A stretch of DNA of 64,000 nt from Ferrovibrio sp. Its GTDB lineage: Bacteria; Pseudomonadota; Alphaproteobacteria; Ferrovibrionales; Ferrovibrionaceae. This document shows positions 1 to 9,447 of this stretch, in pieces. Positions within the stretch are counted from its first letter, which is position 1. Every line of letters begins with the position of its first letter. A program made the position numbers and the translations under genes. The notes beneath the pieces were generated by a model. That model was given only the letters and a program-made list of their open reading frames with translations. It searched no databases and was not told the DNA's origin. The stretch is taken from assembly GCF_036381655.1 (NCBI RefSeq), contig NZ_DASVCJ010000020.1, positions 21,484-85,483 on the forward strand. Reading direction: 5' to 3'.

Positions 1-10
1 GGATGGAGAC

Positions 11-1102
11 ATGGAGAAACTCGATCAAGCAATTGCGGGCCTCTATGAGGCAGCCGCGGAGCCGGCGCTCTGGACCGACGCGCTGGACCGCATTGCCAAA
101 GCGGCGGGAACACCCAGTGCGATCGTGTATACCGCGGGCCGGCGTCCGGAGGATGGCGGGATCTGGGCCGGATCGGCCGCCGTGCTCGAAATGATGGAGG
201 ATTTCACCAATTACTACGTCGACCACGACGTCTGGCGGCAGGCACTGCTCAAGGATTTTGGCGGCCGTCCGGGACTGTATCTCAGCGACGAGATGTATCC
301 CTGCGAAGAACTGGTGAAGACCGAATTCTACAATGACTTCCTGCGGCGCCAGGAGGTCGGCCGCCTGGTGGCGATGACCCACGAGGACATCATCATCTCC
401 GTCCACCGCCGCATCCGCGATTCCTGCTTCGAGGACGAGGTAGTCGACATCTGCCGCGCGCTGCGCCCGCATATCAAACGGGCCTATCAGCTGCACGACC
501 GCCTGCATGCCGCCAGACAGCGCTACGCGCTGCTGGAGGACGCGCTGAATGCCGATCCGGTAGCGCAGTTCCTGGTCGACGGCAGCGGGCGCATCCTGCA
601 CATGAACGGTGCCGCCAGCCTGATGATGGTCCGGCGCGACTGCATCACCGCGGTTCAGGGCCGGCTGGTTGCGGTAAGTCCGTCGAAGGCGCCGGTGCTG
701 GCGGCGATGATCTCGGCCGCGGCCCGCGCCACCTGCCGCCGGGGCGATGCCATCGCCGTCGCGAAGGAACATGGCCGCCCCTATCAGATCGTGATCGCCC
801 CGCTGGGCGACACCCGTGGCGGCCAGGTTCTGGTCACGGTCAGCGATCCCGATGCGCAGGCGACGCCGGATATGAGTGCCATCCTGCAGAAACTCTATGG
901 CCTGACGGCGGCAGAAGCGCGGGTCTGCCTTGCGCTGCTGGAGGACCTTTCGGTGACCGAGATCGCCGAACGCTTCGGCGTGTCACGCACGACCGTTGTC
1001 AGCCAGTTGCGCAGCATCTTCGGCAAGACGGAGACCAGCCGGCAATCCCAGCTCGTTCGCCTGCTCCAGACCGTTCCGAAACGCAGCCGCGCGGCGCGCT
1101 AA
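11..1102 (+). CDS. LuxR-family HTH transcriptional regulator with N-terminal GAF/PAS-like sensor region
   Basis: C-terminal LuxR HTH (LYGLTAAEARVCLALLEDLSVTEIAERFGVSRTTVVSQLRSIFGKT); PAS-like segment (QFLVDGSGRILHMNGAA); GGAG SD at 5-8. Confidence 0.85.
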   Translation: MEKLDQAIAGLYEAAAEPALWTDALDRIAKAAGTPSAIVYTAGRRPEDGGIWAGSAAVLEMMEDFTNYYVDHDVWRQALLKDFGGRPGLYLSDEMYPCEELVKTEFYNDFLRRQEVGRLVAMTHEDIIISVHRRIRDSCFEDEVVDICRALRPHIKRAYQLHDRLHAARQRYALLEDALNADPVAQFLVDGSGRILHMNGAASLMMVRRDCITAVQGRLVAVSPSKAPVLAAMISAAARATCRRGDAIAVAKEHGRPYQIVIAPLGDTRGGQVLVTVSDPDAQATPDMSAILQKLYGLTAAEARVCLALLEDLSVTEIAERFGVSRTTVVSQLRSIFGKTETSRQSQLVRLLQTVPKRSRAAR

Positions 1103-1118
1103 CGCCGCGCCGCGCAGG

Positions 1119-1673
1119 CTACAGCTTCGGCAGCGTGACGCCGCGCTGGCCCATATATTTGCCGGCGCGGTCCTTGTAGCTGACCTCGCAGGGCTGATCG
1201 CCCTTGAGGAACAGGAACTGGCAAGCGCCCTCGTTGGCATAGATTCTGGCCGGCAGCGGCGTGGTGTTGGAGAATTCCAGGGTCACGTGGCCTTCCCATT
1301 CCGGCTCGAGCGGCGTGACATTGACGATGATGCCGCAGCGCGCATAGGTACTCTTGCCCAGGCAGATCACCAGCACGTCGCGCGGGATGCGGAAATATTC
1401 CACCGTGCGGGCGAGCGCGAAGGAATTCGGCGGGATGACGCAGACATCGGTCTCGCGGTCGACGAAGCTGTTCGAGGAGAATTCCTTCGGATCGACCACG
1501 GCGCTGTCGACATTGGTGAAGATCTTGAATTCGCGGGCGACCCGCGCGTCGTAGCCGTAGGAGGACAGCCCGAACGAGATCGTGCCCTCACGCTTCTGCT
1601 GCTCGACGAAAGGCTCGATCATGCCGTGCTCCTTCGCCATCCGGCGAATCCAGATATCGGACATCACGGACAT
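1119..1673 (-). CDS. dcd: dCTP deaminase
   Basis: [36 protein letters not shown] and YANEGACQ motifs. Confidence 0.97.
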   Translation of the reverse strand: MSVMSDIWIRRMAKEHGMIEPFVEQQKREGTISFGLSSYGYDARVAREFKIFTNVDSAVVDPKEFSSNSFVDRETDVCVIPPNSFALARTVEYFRIPRDVLVICLGKSTYARCGIIVNVTPLEPEWEGHVTLEFSNTTPLPARIYANEGACQFLFLKGDQPCEVSYKDRAGKYMGQRGVTLPKL

Positions 1674-1737
1674 GGGCGCGCCCCCTTTTCGAGCCGGCGA
1701 AACATCGCACCGGGCTTACGCGGGCGTTTTGCCGCGG

Positions 1738-1932
1738 TCAAGGCTTTGGCTTGCCCGCGCCTGTGCCCGTGCCCGTGCCCGGCGCGGCCGTCTGCCGGGA
1801 GCGGCTTTGCTGCTTGCGGCGGGCCAGGTTGGCGCGCAGCTTCGCCGCCAGGCGCTCGGCGCGGGCGGCCTGGTCCAGCTCGCTCCAGTTGCCGCTCTGC
1901 CCGGCGGCGGGTTTGGGCTTGTCAGGCGGCAT
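1738..1932 (-). CDS. Small basic hypothetical protein (~64 aa)
   Basis: Helical RAERLAAKLRANLARRKQQ segment resembles a small ORF I recall near dcd in alphaproteobacteria; ATG at 1932 lies within the last codons of the CYTH gene. Confidence 0.6.
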   Translation of the reverse strand: MPPDKPKPAAGQSGNWSELDQAARAERLAAKLRANLARRKQQSRSRQTAAPGTGTGTGAGKPKP

Positions 1933-2578
1933 CGCAGGCATCCGGCCCGGGCATGGCGCCATCGGGTATGGCGCGGTCCGCCTCCCGCAGCAGGCGGCGC
2001 ACGGCCTTGTCCAGTTCGGGCGGCGCCGGCGGCGGCATGTCGCTCGCGCCGGCCTGCGCCAGTGCGGCATTGCGATAGCGCGGATCGGCGGTCACCTCGG
2101 CGCCGAGCCAGTCCGGCAGATCGAGCGGATAATCGGCGCGCGGCAGCTCGATCTCGGCGAGCCACAGGCCGTCATGGCGGCCGCGGAAGCGGTCGATTTC
2201 CCAGGCCAGGTCCGCGCCATCCGCATAAGGCCGGCGGTAGCGGATCTTGCTGACCAGCTGCGCCGCCGGCAGGCCGGCGAGGAGCTGCCGGGCGAGATCG
2301 ACCGGCAGGGCGCCTTCGATCTCCTCGCGCACGGCGCCCGGCTGCTGCGATTTCAGGTTCAGCCAGGCGGTCGCGTCGGTTTCTTGCGTCTGCGCCGCGG
2401 ACAGCCGCACGCGCACCGACCAGCCGTCGATCGGCGCGAAATAGCCCTGGGTCAGCGCGCGGCCGGACAGGCCGGCAATGACGGCGGCGGCAGCGGATTC
2501 GCGCAGCAGGAATTTGCGCTCGATCTCCGCTTTGCGCTCGATCTCCGCGCCGGCCTTGCCGGGCTCTGCACCGATCAT
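1922..2578 (-). CDS. CYTH domain protein (triphosphate tunnel metalloenzyme / adenylate cyclase-like)
   Basis: EIERKFL (ExExK), SVRVRL, WEIDRF, LAEIEL and WLGAEVTADPRYRN motifs; start moved to 2578 because the longer ORF runs antisense through the tRNA. Confidence 0.9.
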   Translation of the reverse strand: MIGAEPGKAGAEIERKAEIERKFLLRESAAAAVIAGLSGRALTQGYFAPIDGWSVRVRLSAAQTQETDATAWLNLKSQQPGAVREEIEGALPVDLARQLLAGLPAAQLVSKIRYRRPYADGADLAWEIDRFRGRHDGLWLAEIELPRADYPLDLPDWLGAEVTADPRYRNAALAQAGASDMPPPAPPELDKAVRRLLREADRAIPDGAMPGPDACDAA

Positions 2579-2947
2579 GTCGCCGATCCCGTAGGAGAGA
2601 TGGGAGGATGAAACCGGCGCCAGCGATAGCCAGGCCCGGGCCCCGGAGTCAACCGCCGGGTCAACCGCCGGGTCAACCGCCGTTTCGCCCGCCCCCCTGC
2701 GCCGCAGGCGCTGAGACGCCAAAAGACGCCGGAAAGACGGCAAAAATCCCGGCGGAAAAAGCCGCCATCTCCGGCTTGCGCGGGACGGCCGCCTGTGGCA
2801 GTTTCCGCGCCCGACGCCATCCCGCCCGGCAAGAGCCGGGATGGCGACCGTTTTTGGCCATGCAGGCGCGAGCGGGACTGCTCCGATCGCGCCCGGCGCA
2901 TTGAGACCGGTGCGTAAAGACCGGTTCACTGAAACTGGCCAATCGGG

Positions 2948-3022
<75 letters not shown>

Positions 3023-3131
3023 GCCATAAATTTCCGGCAAAGTAGTATGGTCGCGCCGCCGCCCGCCCTTAACGGGCAAGGCGATTTCCTTTAGGGTTAT
3101 CGCCCTGATTCACCGCCGCATCCTACGCAGA

Positions 3132-5420
3132 ATGCTTCAAAGACGCCATCTTCGGACTGCCCTGCTTGCTGTCGTGTCGTTGGGCGGACTGGCCGGCGTC
3201 CTCTATTTCTTCGACTTCTCCGCCATCGCCGCCTCACTGGACAATCTGCGGCTGACGACGCTTGGGCTGGCCCTGGCGCTGATCGTCGCGAATTCGCTGC
3301 TGGCGCTGCTGCGCTTTCGTTCGGTTCTGAAGTCCTTCGGCTACCGGCCGAAATGGCGGGATATCTTCTTCGCCTTTTCCATCGGCCAAATCTCGAATTA
3401 CCTTCTGTTCAACGTCGTCGGCCAAAGCCTCAGCCGGGCGACGGCGCTGACCAGTGCCGGCGTGCCCTTCGCCGCATCCGTGATGGTGACCTACTGGGAA
3501 CGGCTGCTGGCGGCGGGGCTGCTGTTCCTGCTCAGCATCGGCGGCGCGCTGTATCTTTTCCTGAGCATCCAGATCGATCTGGAGGCCGGCGGCGCGTATT
3601 TGATCTCGCTTCTCGCCGCCATGGCGGTGACCAGCGGCGCGGTTCTCTGGCTGGTGATCCACAAGACCGATTTCGAGCTTTCCGCCGCCGGGGCGTTGCG
3701 CCAGCTGGGAAGGCTTTGGCCCAGCATCGCCCTGACGCTGGCCGCCCAGGCGCTGATGCTGGCGGCCTATCTGGCAATCCTTGGCGATCTCTTCCTGCCG
3801 AACATGACCGGCGATGTCGTTGCTGCGCTCACCATCGTCATGTTCTCGGCCAGCCTGCCGATCAGCTTCTCGGGCTGGGGCATCCGCGAACTCAGCGCGG
3901 CCAAGGCATTGGGGGCGCTGGGACTGGATCCGGCGGCGGCCGTCGCCGGGGCGGTCGCGATCGGCCTGTTGTCGATGGTGGCCCTGCTCGGCTTCGGCCT
4001 GGTCGGCACGATTTTGCTGTTGCGGCGCCGGCCGGGCGGCAGCATTGCCGCGATGCCTGTCTCCATGGATGGCAGCGTCTCCCGCTGGAGCAATGTCATG
4101 GTCGCCGGCAGCGCCATTCTTTGTGCGGTGCTGCTCTATTTCCAGATCCGCATTCCCCTCGAGGGCGGCGAAGTGACGGCGAATGCCGGAGACATCCTGG
4201 CCCTGACCGGCTTGGGCTTTCTGATCTTTTTCATGTGGTCGCGGCAGAGCCTGACGCCATTGCCGTGTTCCCTGGTGATCGGCCTGTGCGCCATTTCAAT
4301 ACTGCTGTTCGCCAGCCTGCTGTTCGGCTATGCCCGTTTCGGCTCGAATAGCTGGGCTCTGGTCAATCGCGGCTTCGGATGGCTTATCATCCTGGGCTAT
4401 GTCGCAGTCGGCGCCTCGACCGCCCTGGTGCCGGAAAGATGGGGCAGAAGCCTGCTGCTGACCACCTTCGTCGTTGCGGGCGCCAGCGTCGCCGCGATTC
4501 AGCTCGGCCTGCTGATTTTGACGTTGTTCGGCCTCTCCCTATCCAAAGACGCCTTTATCATCCCCTTGCGCGGCTACGCGACAAACTCGAATGCCTTCGC
4601 CTTTCAATTGATCATGACGGCGGCTTGCGCGATCACCGCCAGCCGTATCGGCGCGTTCGTCAGACGCGAGGCGGCACTGCATGGCATCCTCGCCGTCATC
4701 GCTGTGGCAATCTATTATTCGCATTCACGCGCCGGCATGGGCATGCTGATCATCACGCTGATCATGATGATCGTCTTCAGCCGCCGGGAGCAGCGCCGAC
4801 AGGCGATAATGGCCTGCGGCACCGTTTTGGCTGCGCTGCTGGCGGCACTTGCGCTTCCGTTCATCATCGACGGGCTTACGGCGATTGCCAGAGCCTTGCT
4901 CGCCAACAAATCCGAGCTTCTGGTAAGTCCCGGCGTGATGCAGTATCTCTCGCCGATACTGGAACGCGCCTATGATGCCGGCGACCGCTGGAGCAGCATC
5001 GTCCAGGGCTGGCAGTTATGGCTTCAGCACCCAATTTTCGGCGGCGGCCTCGGCTCCTACATCCAGATGCGCGAGGAAATGCACCTGCCTTTCCTGATCA
5101 TCCATTCCATCCCCGTATGGCTGCTTGCGGAAATGGGATTGATCGGCTTCGTCGTGGTGGCCGCTATCCTTGTCAAGCTTGCTTCCAGCGCCTTCCGGAT
5201 GCTCAGGCAAGACGATAACCACGGCTGGGGTCTCGGGCTGCTGATCATTCTCACCTGCATCACGGCCTCTGGCCTGGTACATGATTTCTTCTACCAGCGC
5301 ACATTCTGGTTCCTACTCGGCCTTTTCCTGGCAACTCCACTGCAGCGCGGCGAAAAGACCGCGGCCGCGGCCGATTCAGCCGGCAATCGCATTGGTGGAG
5401 AGGCGGCAACTTCTCTATAG
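3132..5420 (+). CDS. Polytopic membrane protein: lysylphosphatidylglycerol-synthase-TM (UPF0104, flippase-like) domain fused to O-antigen ligase (Wzy_C)-like domain
   Basis: N-half LALLRFRSVL...FSIGQISNYLLFNVVGQ...WERLL and LPISFSGWGIRE; C-half HSRAG, RWSSIVQGWQLWLQHPIFGGGLG and IHSIPVWLLAEMGLIG. Confidence 0.8.
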   Translation: MLQRRHLRTALLAVVSLGGLAGVLYFFDFSAIAASLDNLRLTTLGLALALIVANSLLALLRFRSVLKSFGYRPKWRDIFFAFSIGQISNYLLFNVVGQSLSRATALTSAGVPFAASVMVTYWERLLAAGLLFLLSIGGALYLFLSIQIDLEAGGAYLISLLAAMAVTSGAVLWLVIHKTDFELSAAGALRQLGRLWPSIALTLAAQALMLAAYLAILGDLFLPNMTGDVVAALTIVMFSASLPISFSGWGIRELSAAKALGALGLDPAAAVAGAVAIGLLSMVALLGFGLVGTILLLRRRPGGSIAAMPVSMDGSVSRWSNVMVAGSAILCAVLLYFQIRIPLEGGEVTANAGDILALTGLGFLIFFMWSRQSLTPLPCSLVIGLCAISILLFASLLFGYARFGSNSWALVNRGFGWLIILGYVAVGASTALVPERWGRSLLLTTFVVAGASVAAIQLGLLILTLFGLSLSKDAFIIPLRGYATNSNAFAFQLIMTAACAITASRIGAFVRREAALHGILAVIAVAIYYSHSRAGMGMLIITLIMMIVFSRREQRRQAIMACGTVLAALLAALALPFIIDGLTAIARALLANKSELLVSPGVMQYLSPILERAYDAGDRWSSIVQGWQLWLQHPIFGGGLGSYIQMREEMHLPFLIIHSIPVWLLAEMGLIGFVVVAAILVKLASSAFRMLRQDDNHGWGLGLLIILTCITASGLVHDFFYQRTFWFLLGLFLATPLQRGEKTAAAADSAGNRIGGEAATSL

Positions 5421-5455
5421 TCCCCTATACTACTGCGCATCCTGGGGGGTGAGCC

Positions 5456-6034
5456 GTGCCAGAAGGCACCACGCAACCGATCTTTGCCGACGAGCCGATC
5501 TTATCGGAGGTTGCCCGCTACTGGGCCGCCAAGCGCAACGGGCGCCTGATGCCGGACCGGACGGATATCGATCCGCTGCAGCTTCGCCCCGGCATATGGC
5601 CCAATCTCCTGATCACCGAGCCGGTGCCGCAGTCGACGGCGATGCGCTATCGCCTGGTCGGCTCGGCCCATGTGCAGCGCTATACCTACGATTTCACCGG
5701 CAAGACCACCGCCGATATCATGCAGGGCAGCTATCGCGACTATATGGAGCGGATCTACGGCACCGTGCTGCAGCAGGCGCTGCCGGTCTATTCCGAAAGC
5801 CTGTTCCGCTGGGACAATGCCGACAGCATCCTGCAACAGGCTTTCACCCGCCGCCTCATGCTGCCGCTCAGCCGCGGCACGCCCGACGTTGCGGCCATGG
5901 TGCTCAGCGTGCAGGTCTGGCCGACGGCGATTCCCTACGAGCCGCGGTCGATCTCGGAGCTGAGCGGCAGCGGCGGCTTCAGCCAGGGCGATTTCGTGCC
6001 GCTCGATCGCGACCGCTTCACGCCGCTGTCCTAG
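5456..6034 (+). CDS. Stand-alone PAS-like domain protein (PAS_5/DUF1457 type)
   Basis: YWAAKRNGRLMPDRTDIDP, YRLVGS, DFTGK and RRLMLPLS motifs. Confidence 0.8.
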   Translation: MPEGTTQPIFADEPILSEVARYWAAKRNGRLMPDRTDIDPLQLRPGIWPNLLITEPVPQSTAMRYRLVGSAHVQRYTYDFTGKTTADIMQGSYRDYMERIYGTVLQQALPVYSESLFRWDNADSILQQAFTRRLMLPLSRGTPDVAAMVLSVQVWPTAIPYEPRSISELSGSGGFSQGDFVPLDRDRFTPLS

Positions 6035-6075
6035 CAAGGCCCCAGATCGAGGACCCCCAGTTCAAGGGCCCCTCA

Positions 6076-6471
6076 TCAAGGGCCGTGGAAGGTTTCCATG
6101 TAGCGCGTTTGCACGATCAGCGGCACCGGGCCGGTATTGCTGACGCTGGTGCCGGCGCGGCCGAAGGCCTCATAGATGTCCGCCTTGCCACCAGCCGGAA
6201 CATCGACCACGCGGCCGGAACCGGCGAAGCGAAGCCGCCCCGCCTCGGCGCCGGCATTGCGGATGGTGACGGTGGTGTAGTTGCCACGCTCGCCGGTATC
6301 GATCGTCGTCGTCGCGCCGGGCGCGAGGCTGAACTGGCCCGCCGCTGCGGTATCGGGCCAGGTCACGGCGAGGCTGCCGAGCAGCAAGGCGCCGGCACAG
6401 ACCTGCCGGGCGGTGGCAATCCAATCCGGGGCAATCCAATCCGGGGCGATCAAATCTGTCCGTTCTGTCAC
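6076..6471 (-). CDS. Hypothetical secreted beta-rich protein
   Basis: Hydrophobic stretch VCAGALLLGSLAVTW then AAA cleavage-like site; small Gly/Thr-rich mature region; start uncertain. Confidence 0.55.
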   Translation of the reverse strand: MTERTDLIAPDWIAPDWIATARQVCAGALLLGSLAVTWPDTAAAGQFSLAPGATTTIDTGERGNYTTVTIRNAGAEAGRLRFAGSGRVVDVPAGGKADIYEAFGRAGTSVSNTGPVPLIVQTRYMETFHGP

Positions 6472-6619
6472 TTCGCGGCCTCCATCTGGAATACCCCTCC
6501 CGCCCAGCAGGGTAGGACGGCGCCGGCCGGGCGGTAGTGGCGGAGATCACAAAGCGCATCGATTCCCAGGATCGCCCGCGGCGATCAGGGGTGAAAAACG
6601 CGCGAAAGATCAGAATCGA

Positions 6620-7870
6620 TCAGGAGCGGATCGCGGGTCCCGGCGCCGGCGTCTGGGTCTCGGCGGCGCCCAGGCAGTGGCGCAGATCGGCGCCAGCGAA
6701 ATTCGCCCGCTCCAGCTTGGCATTGCGCAGATCGATGTGATCGAGCACGGCGCCGCGGAAATCGGCGCCGGACAGATCGGCGCCGGACAGGATGGGATAG
6801 ATGATGCGGCCGGTCGCCTGCTGGCTGGCGCTGAACAGCGGCGCCCCGGTCAGCTTGGCGCCACGGAACGTGGCGCCGCGCAGATCGGCGCCGGTGAAGT
6901 TGACCCCGCCCAGATCGGCCTGATCGAAATTCGCCTTGACCATTTCGGCGCCGAGGAAACTGGCGAAGAGCAGCTGGGCATGGGTGAAGCTGGCATTCTG
7001 CAGATCGCAGCCATGCAGCTCCGCGCCGCGCAGATCGCAGCTCGAGAAGTCGCAGCCGGCGAGCCGCTTGCCGCTCAGGATGGCGCGCTGGCCCTCGGCG
7101 CCGCCGGTGGCGATCCAGCGGCTATGGGCATGCAGCAGAACCTCGATCTCGGTCGGCAGGCTGGCCGATTTGCGGTGCACCGCGCCCGACAGGTCGACGC
7201 CCTTCAGATTCACCTTGGAGAGATCGACATTGCGCAGATTGGCGCCCTGCAGATCGGCGCCCTGCAGCAGGACGCCATCCATCTTGGCGCCGACCAGATT
7301 GACGTCGCGCAGACGCGCCGCGGTCAGGTTGGCGCCGCTCAGATCCGCGCCGGCGAGGTTGACCGCGAACAGGCTGGCATTGGAGAAATTCGCGCCCGTC
7401 GCGGAGGCGACGGCGAGATTGGCTTCGTCGAGCTGGGCCGCGCGCAGATCGGCGCCGTCGATCTTGGCCTCTTTCAGGTTGGCCGCCTGCGACTTGATCC
7501 CGCCATCCCCGGCCACGATCTGGCCGGGCCGCAGATCGGCCTGATTCAGCGAGGCGCCGCGCAGGATGGCTTTCATCATGTTGGCGCCGCGCAGATCGCT
7601 GCGATCCATGACCGCGCCCGACAGATCGGCATGCATGAAATCGCCGGCGAACAGATCGGCGCGGCGCAGCTCCGCCTTGACCAGCGAGGCGCCGACGAAC
7701 TGGCAGCGCGACAGAATCGCGTCGTTGAGCTTGGCGTTGTCCAGCCGCAGGAAGCTGAAATCCTCGCCCCGGCGCTGCAGACGCTCGCCGTCGCTGCGTC
7801 CGTTCGCCCAGGCGGCGTGGCGGGACAGCGCAACGGTCAATTGCGATGACGGGAAACGCAGTTCTGCCAT
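6620..7870 (-). CDS. Pentapeptide repeat protein, paralog 1
   Basis: Long A(D/N)Lxx arrays in two modules, each opened by an H-x-x-W cap (LSRHAAW; LHAHSRWIATGGAEGQRA). Confidence 0.92.
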   Translation of the reverse strand: MAELRFPSSQLTVALSRHAAWANGRSDGERLQRRGEDFSFLRLDNAKLNDAILSRCQFVGASLVKAELRRADLFAGDFMHADLSGAVMDRSDLRGANMMKAILRGASLNQADLRPGQIVAGDGGIKSQAANLKEAKIDGADLRAAQLDEANLAVASATGANFSNASLFAVNLAGADLSGANLTAARLRDVNLVGAKMDGVLLQGADLQGANLRNVDLSKVNLKGVDLSGAVHRKSASLPTEIEVLLHAHSRWIATGGAEGQRAILSGKRLAGCDFSSCDLRGAELHGCDLQNASFTHAQLLFASFLGAEMVKANFDQADLGGVNFTGADLRGATFRGAKLTGAPLFSASQQATGRIIYPILSGADLSGADFRGAVLDHIDLRNAKLERANFAGADLRHCLGAAETQTPAPGPAIRS

Positions 7871-8026
7871 TGGCTGGCAACCCTCACAGAGAGAATTACT
7901 TTGGAATGAAATCTAGCAAAACAGCCTAGGACGCCGGCTGGGGACGGACAAGGGACTAGCCGCGCCGCCGAAGGGCGAGGGGAAATCCTGCCCATCCTTG
8001 GCAGGGCCGGCAGACGGCGGCGAGTT

Positions 8027-8063
8027 AAGACTCGGTAACGCAACTGAAAGACTTGGTAACGCA
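8027..8063. repeat. 16-bp direct repeat with 21-bp period upstream of pentapeptide paralog 1
   Basis: AAGACTCGGTAACGCA (8027-8042) and AAGACTTGGTAACGCA (8048-8063), one mismatch. Confidence 0.85.
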
Positions 8064-8081
8064 CCGGCCCGCCGTCTTCGG

Positions 8082-9308
8082 CTATTTCCGGCCGCTCGGG
8101 ATGCCGACGCACTGGCGCAGTTCGGCGCCCTGCAGGTTGGCGCCGTCCATCACGGCAGTGGCGAAATCGATTCCTTCGAAGACGGCGCCGCGCAGATCGG
8201 CCCTAGCGAGATCCGCCTCCTCGAAACGAGGATAGACGACCTTGCCGGTCTTCTGGTTGCGCCCGTTATAGATGTCGACCCCGACCGCCCGCGCGCCGCG
8301 CCAGCGGCTTTCGGCCAGGCAGGTCTTCGTGAAATTGGTGCCGCTTAGATCGGCCAGATCGAAGGTGACCTTGCGCAGGTTGGCGCCGACGAAGCTGGCG
8401 AACATCATCTGCGCGTTGGAGAAGTCGGCGCCTTCCAGCGACGCGCCGTGCAGTTCGGCGCCGCGCAGATCGCAGCCCGCGAAATTGATGCCATCGAGCT
8501 TCTGCCCGCTGAGCACCGCGCGCTGGCCTTCCGCGCCGGCGGTCGCGATCCAGGTGCTGTGCTGCTTCAGCACGGTTTCGATCTCCGGCGGCAGGCTGTC
8601 GCCCTTGCGATAGATCGCGCCCTGCAGCGAGACGCCGTCGAGATCAACCTGGCTGAGATCGACATTGCGCAGATTGGCGCCGCGCAGATCGGTGCCCTGC
8701 AGGCGCGCGCCGGCGAGATTGGCGCCGATCAGGTTGGCGTCCTTCATCTTCGCCCCGGCCAGATTGGCGCCGGAGAGATCGGCGCCGGCAAGGTTGACCG
8801 CGTACATGCTGGCATTGCTGAAGGAGGCGTTGACAGCGGAGGAGACCGCCATGCTGGCATTGTCGAGCTGCGCGTTCTTGAATTCGGCGCCGTCCAGCTT
8901 GGCGCCGTCGAGATTGGCGGCGACTTCCTTGCTGCCGCCCTGCTCGACCAGCATGAGCTGGCCCGGACGCAGATCCACCTGCGCCAGCGAGGCCTGGCGC
9001 AGGACGGCGCGGCCGAGATTGGCGCCGCGCAGATCGGCGCGGTCGAACACCACGCGCGTCAGATCGGCATGCTGGAAGTCGGCGCAGAACAGATCGGCGC
9101 GGCGCAGCTGCGCGCCGGCCAGCGAGGCATGGCTGAACTCCGCACGCGGCAGGATGGCATCGTCCAGCTTGACGCCGTCGAGCTTCAGCTTGCCGTAATG
9201 GCCGCCGGCATTCTGCAGTCGGCTGCCGCCCGGCCGACCGGCCAGGAAGGCGGCATGGCGGGAGAGAACGATCTGCACCTCATGCGGCGGTATCATGTGA
9301 TCGGACAT
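8082..9308 (-). CDS. Pentapeptide repeat protein, paralog 2
   Basis: Same two-module layout (LSRHAAF; LKQHSTWIATAGAEGQRA) and DLRPGQ loop. Confidence 0.92.
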   Translation of the reverse strand: MSDHMIPPHEVQIVLSRHAAFLAGRPGGSRLQNAGGHYGKLKLDGVKLDDAILPRAEFSHASLAGAQLRRADLFCADFQHADLTRVVFDRADLRGANLGRAVLRQASLAQVDLRPGQLMLVEQGGSKEVAANLDGAKLDGAEFKNAQLDNASMAVSSAVNASFSNASMYAVNLAGADLSGANLAGAKMKDANLIGANLAGARLQGTDLRGANLRNVDLSQVDLDGVSLQGAIYRKGDSLPPEIETVLKQHSTWIATAGAEGQRAVLSGQKLDGINFAGCDLRGAELHGASLEGADFSNAQMMFASFVGANLRKVTFDLADLSGTNFTKTCLAESRWRGARAVGVDIYNGRNQKTGKVVYPRFEEADLARADLRGAVFEGIDFATAVMDGANLQGAELRQCVGIPSGRK

Positions 9309-9447
9309 CGTGTGCGTCCAAAGCCGCTATTGTCGTTCAACTGAGGATGGTGAGAGAACGCTAGTTATCGCAACATGTTAATGCAACCAGAAAATGCCGG
9401 TTGCCAGAATTGATAAGATTCGCAATTAGTTATGGAGTTACCGGCGT

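Noticed and set aside
7871-9447. CtrA boxes in the pentapeptide gene spacers
   Set aside because: TTAA/TAAC half-sites are present but none has the canonical TTAA-N7-TTAA spacing
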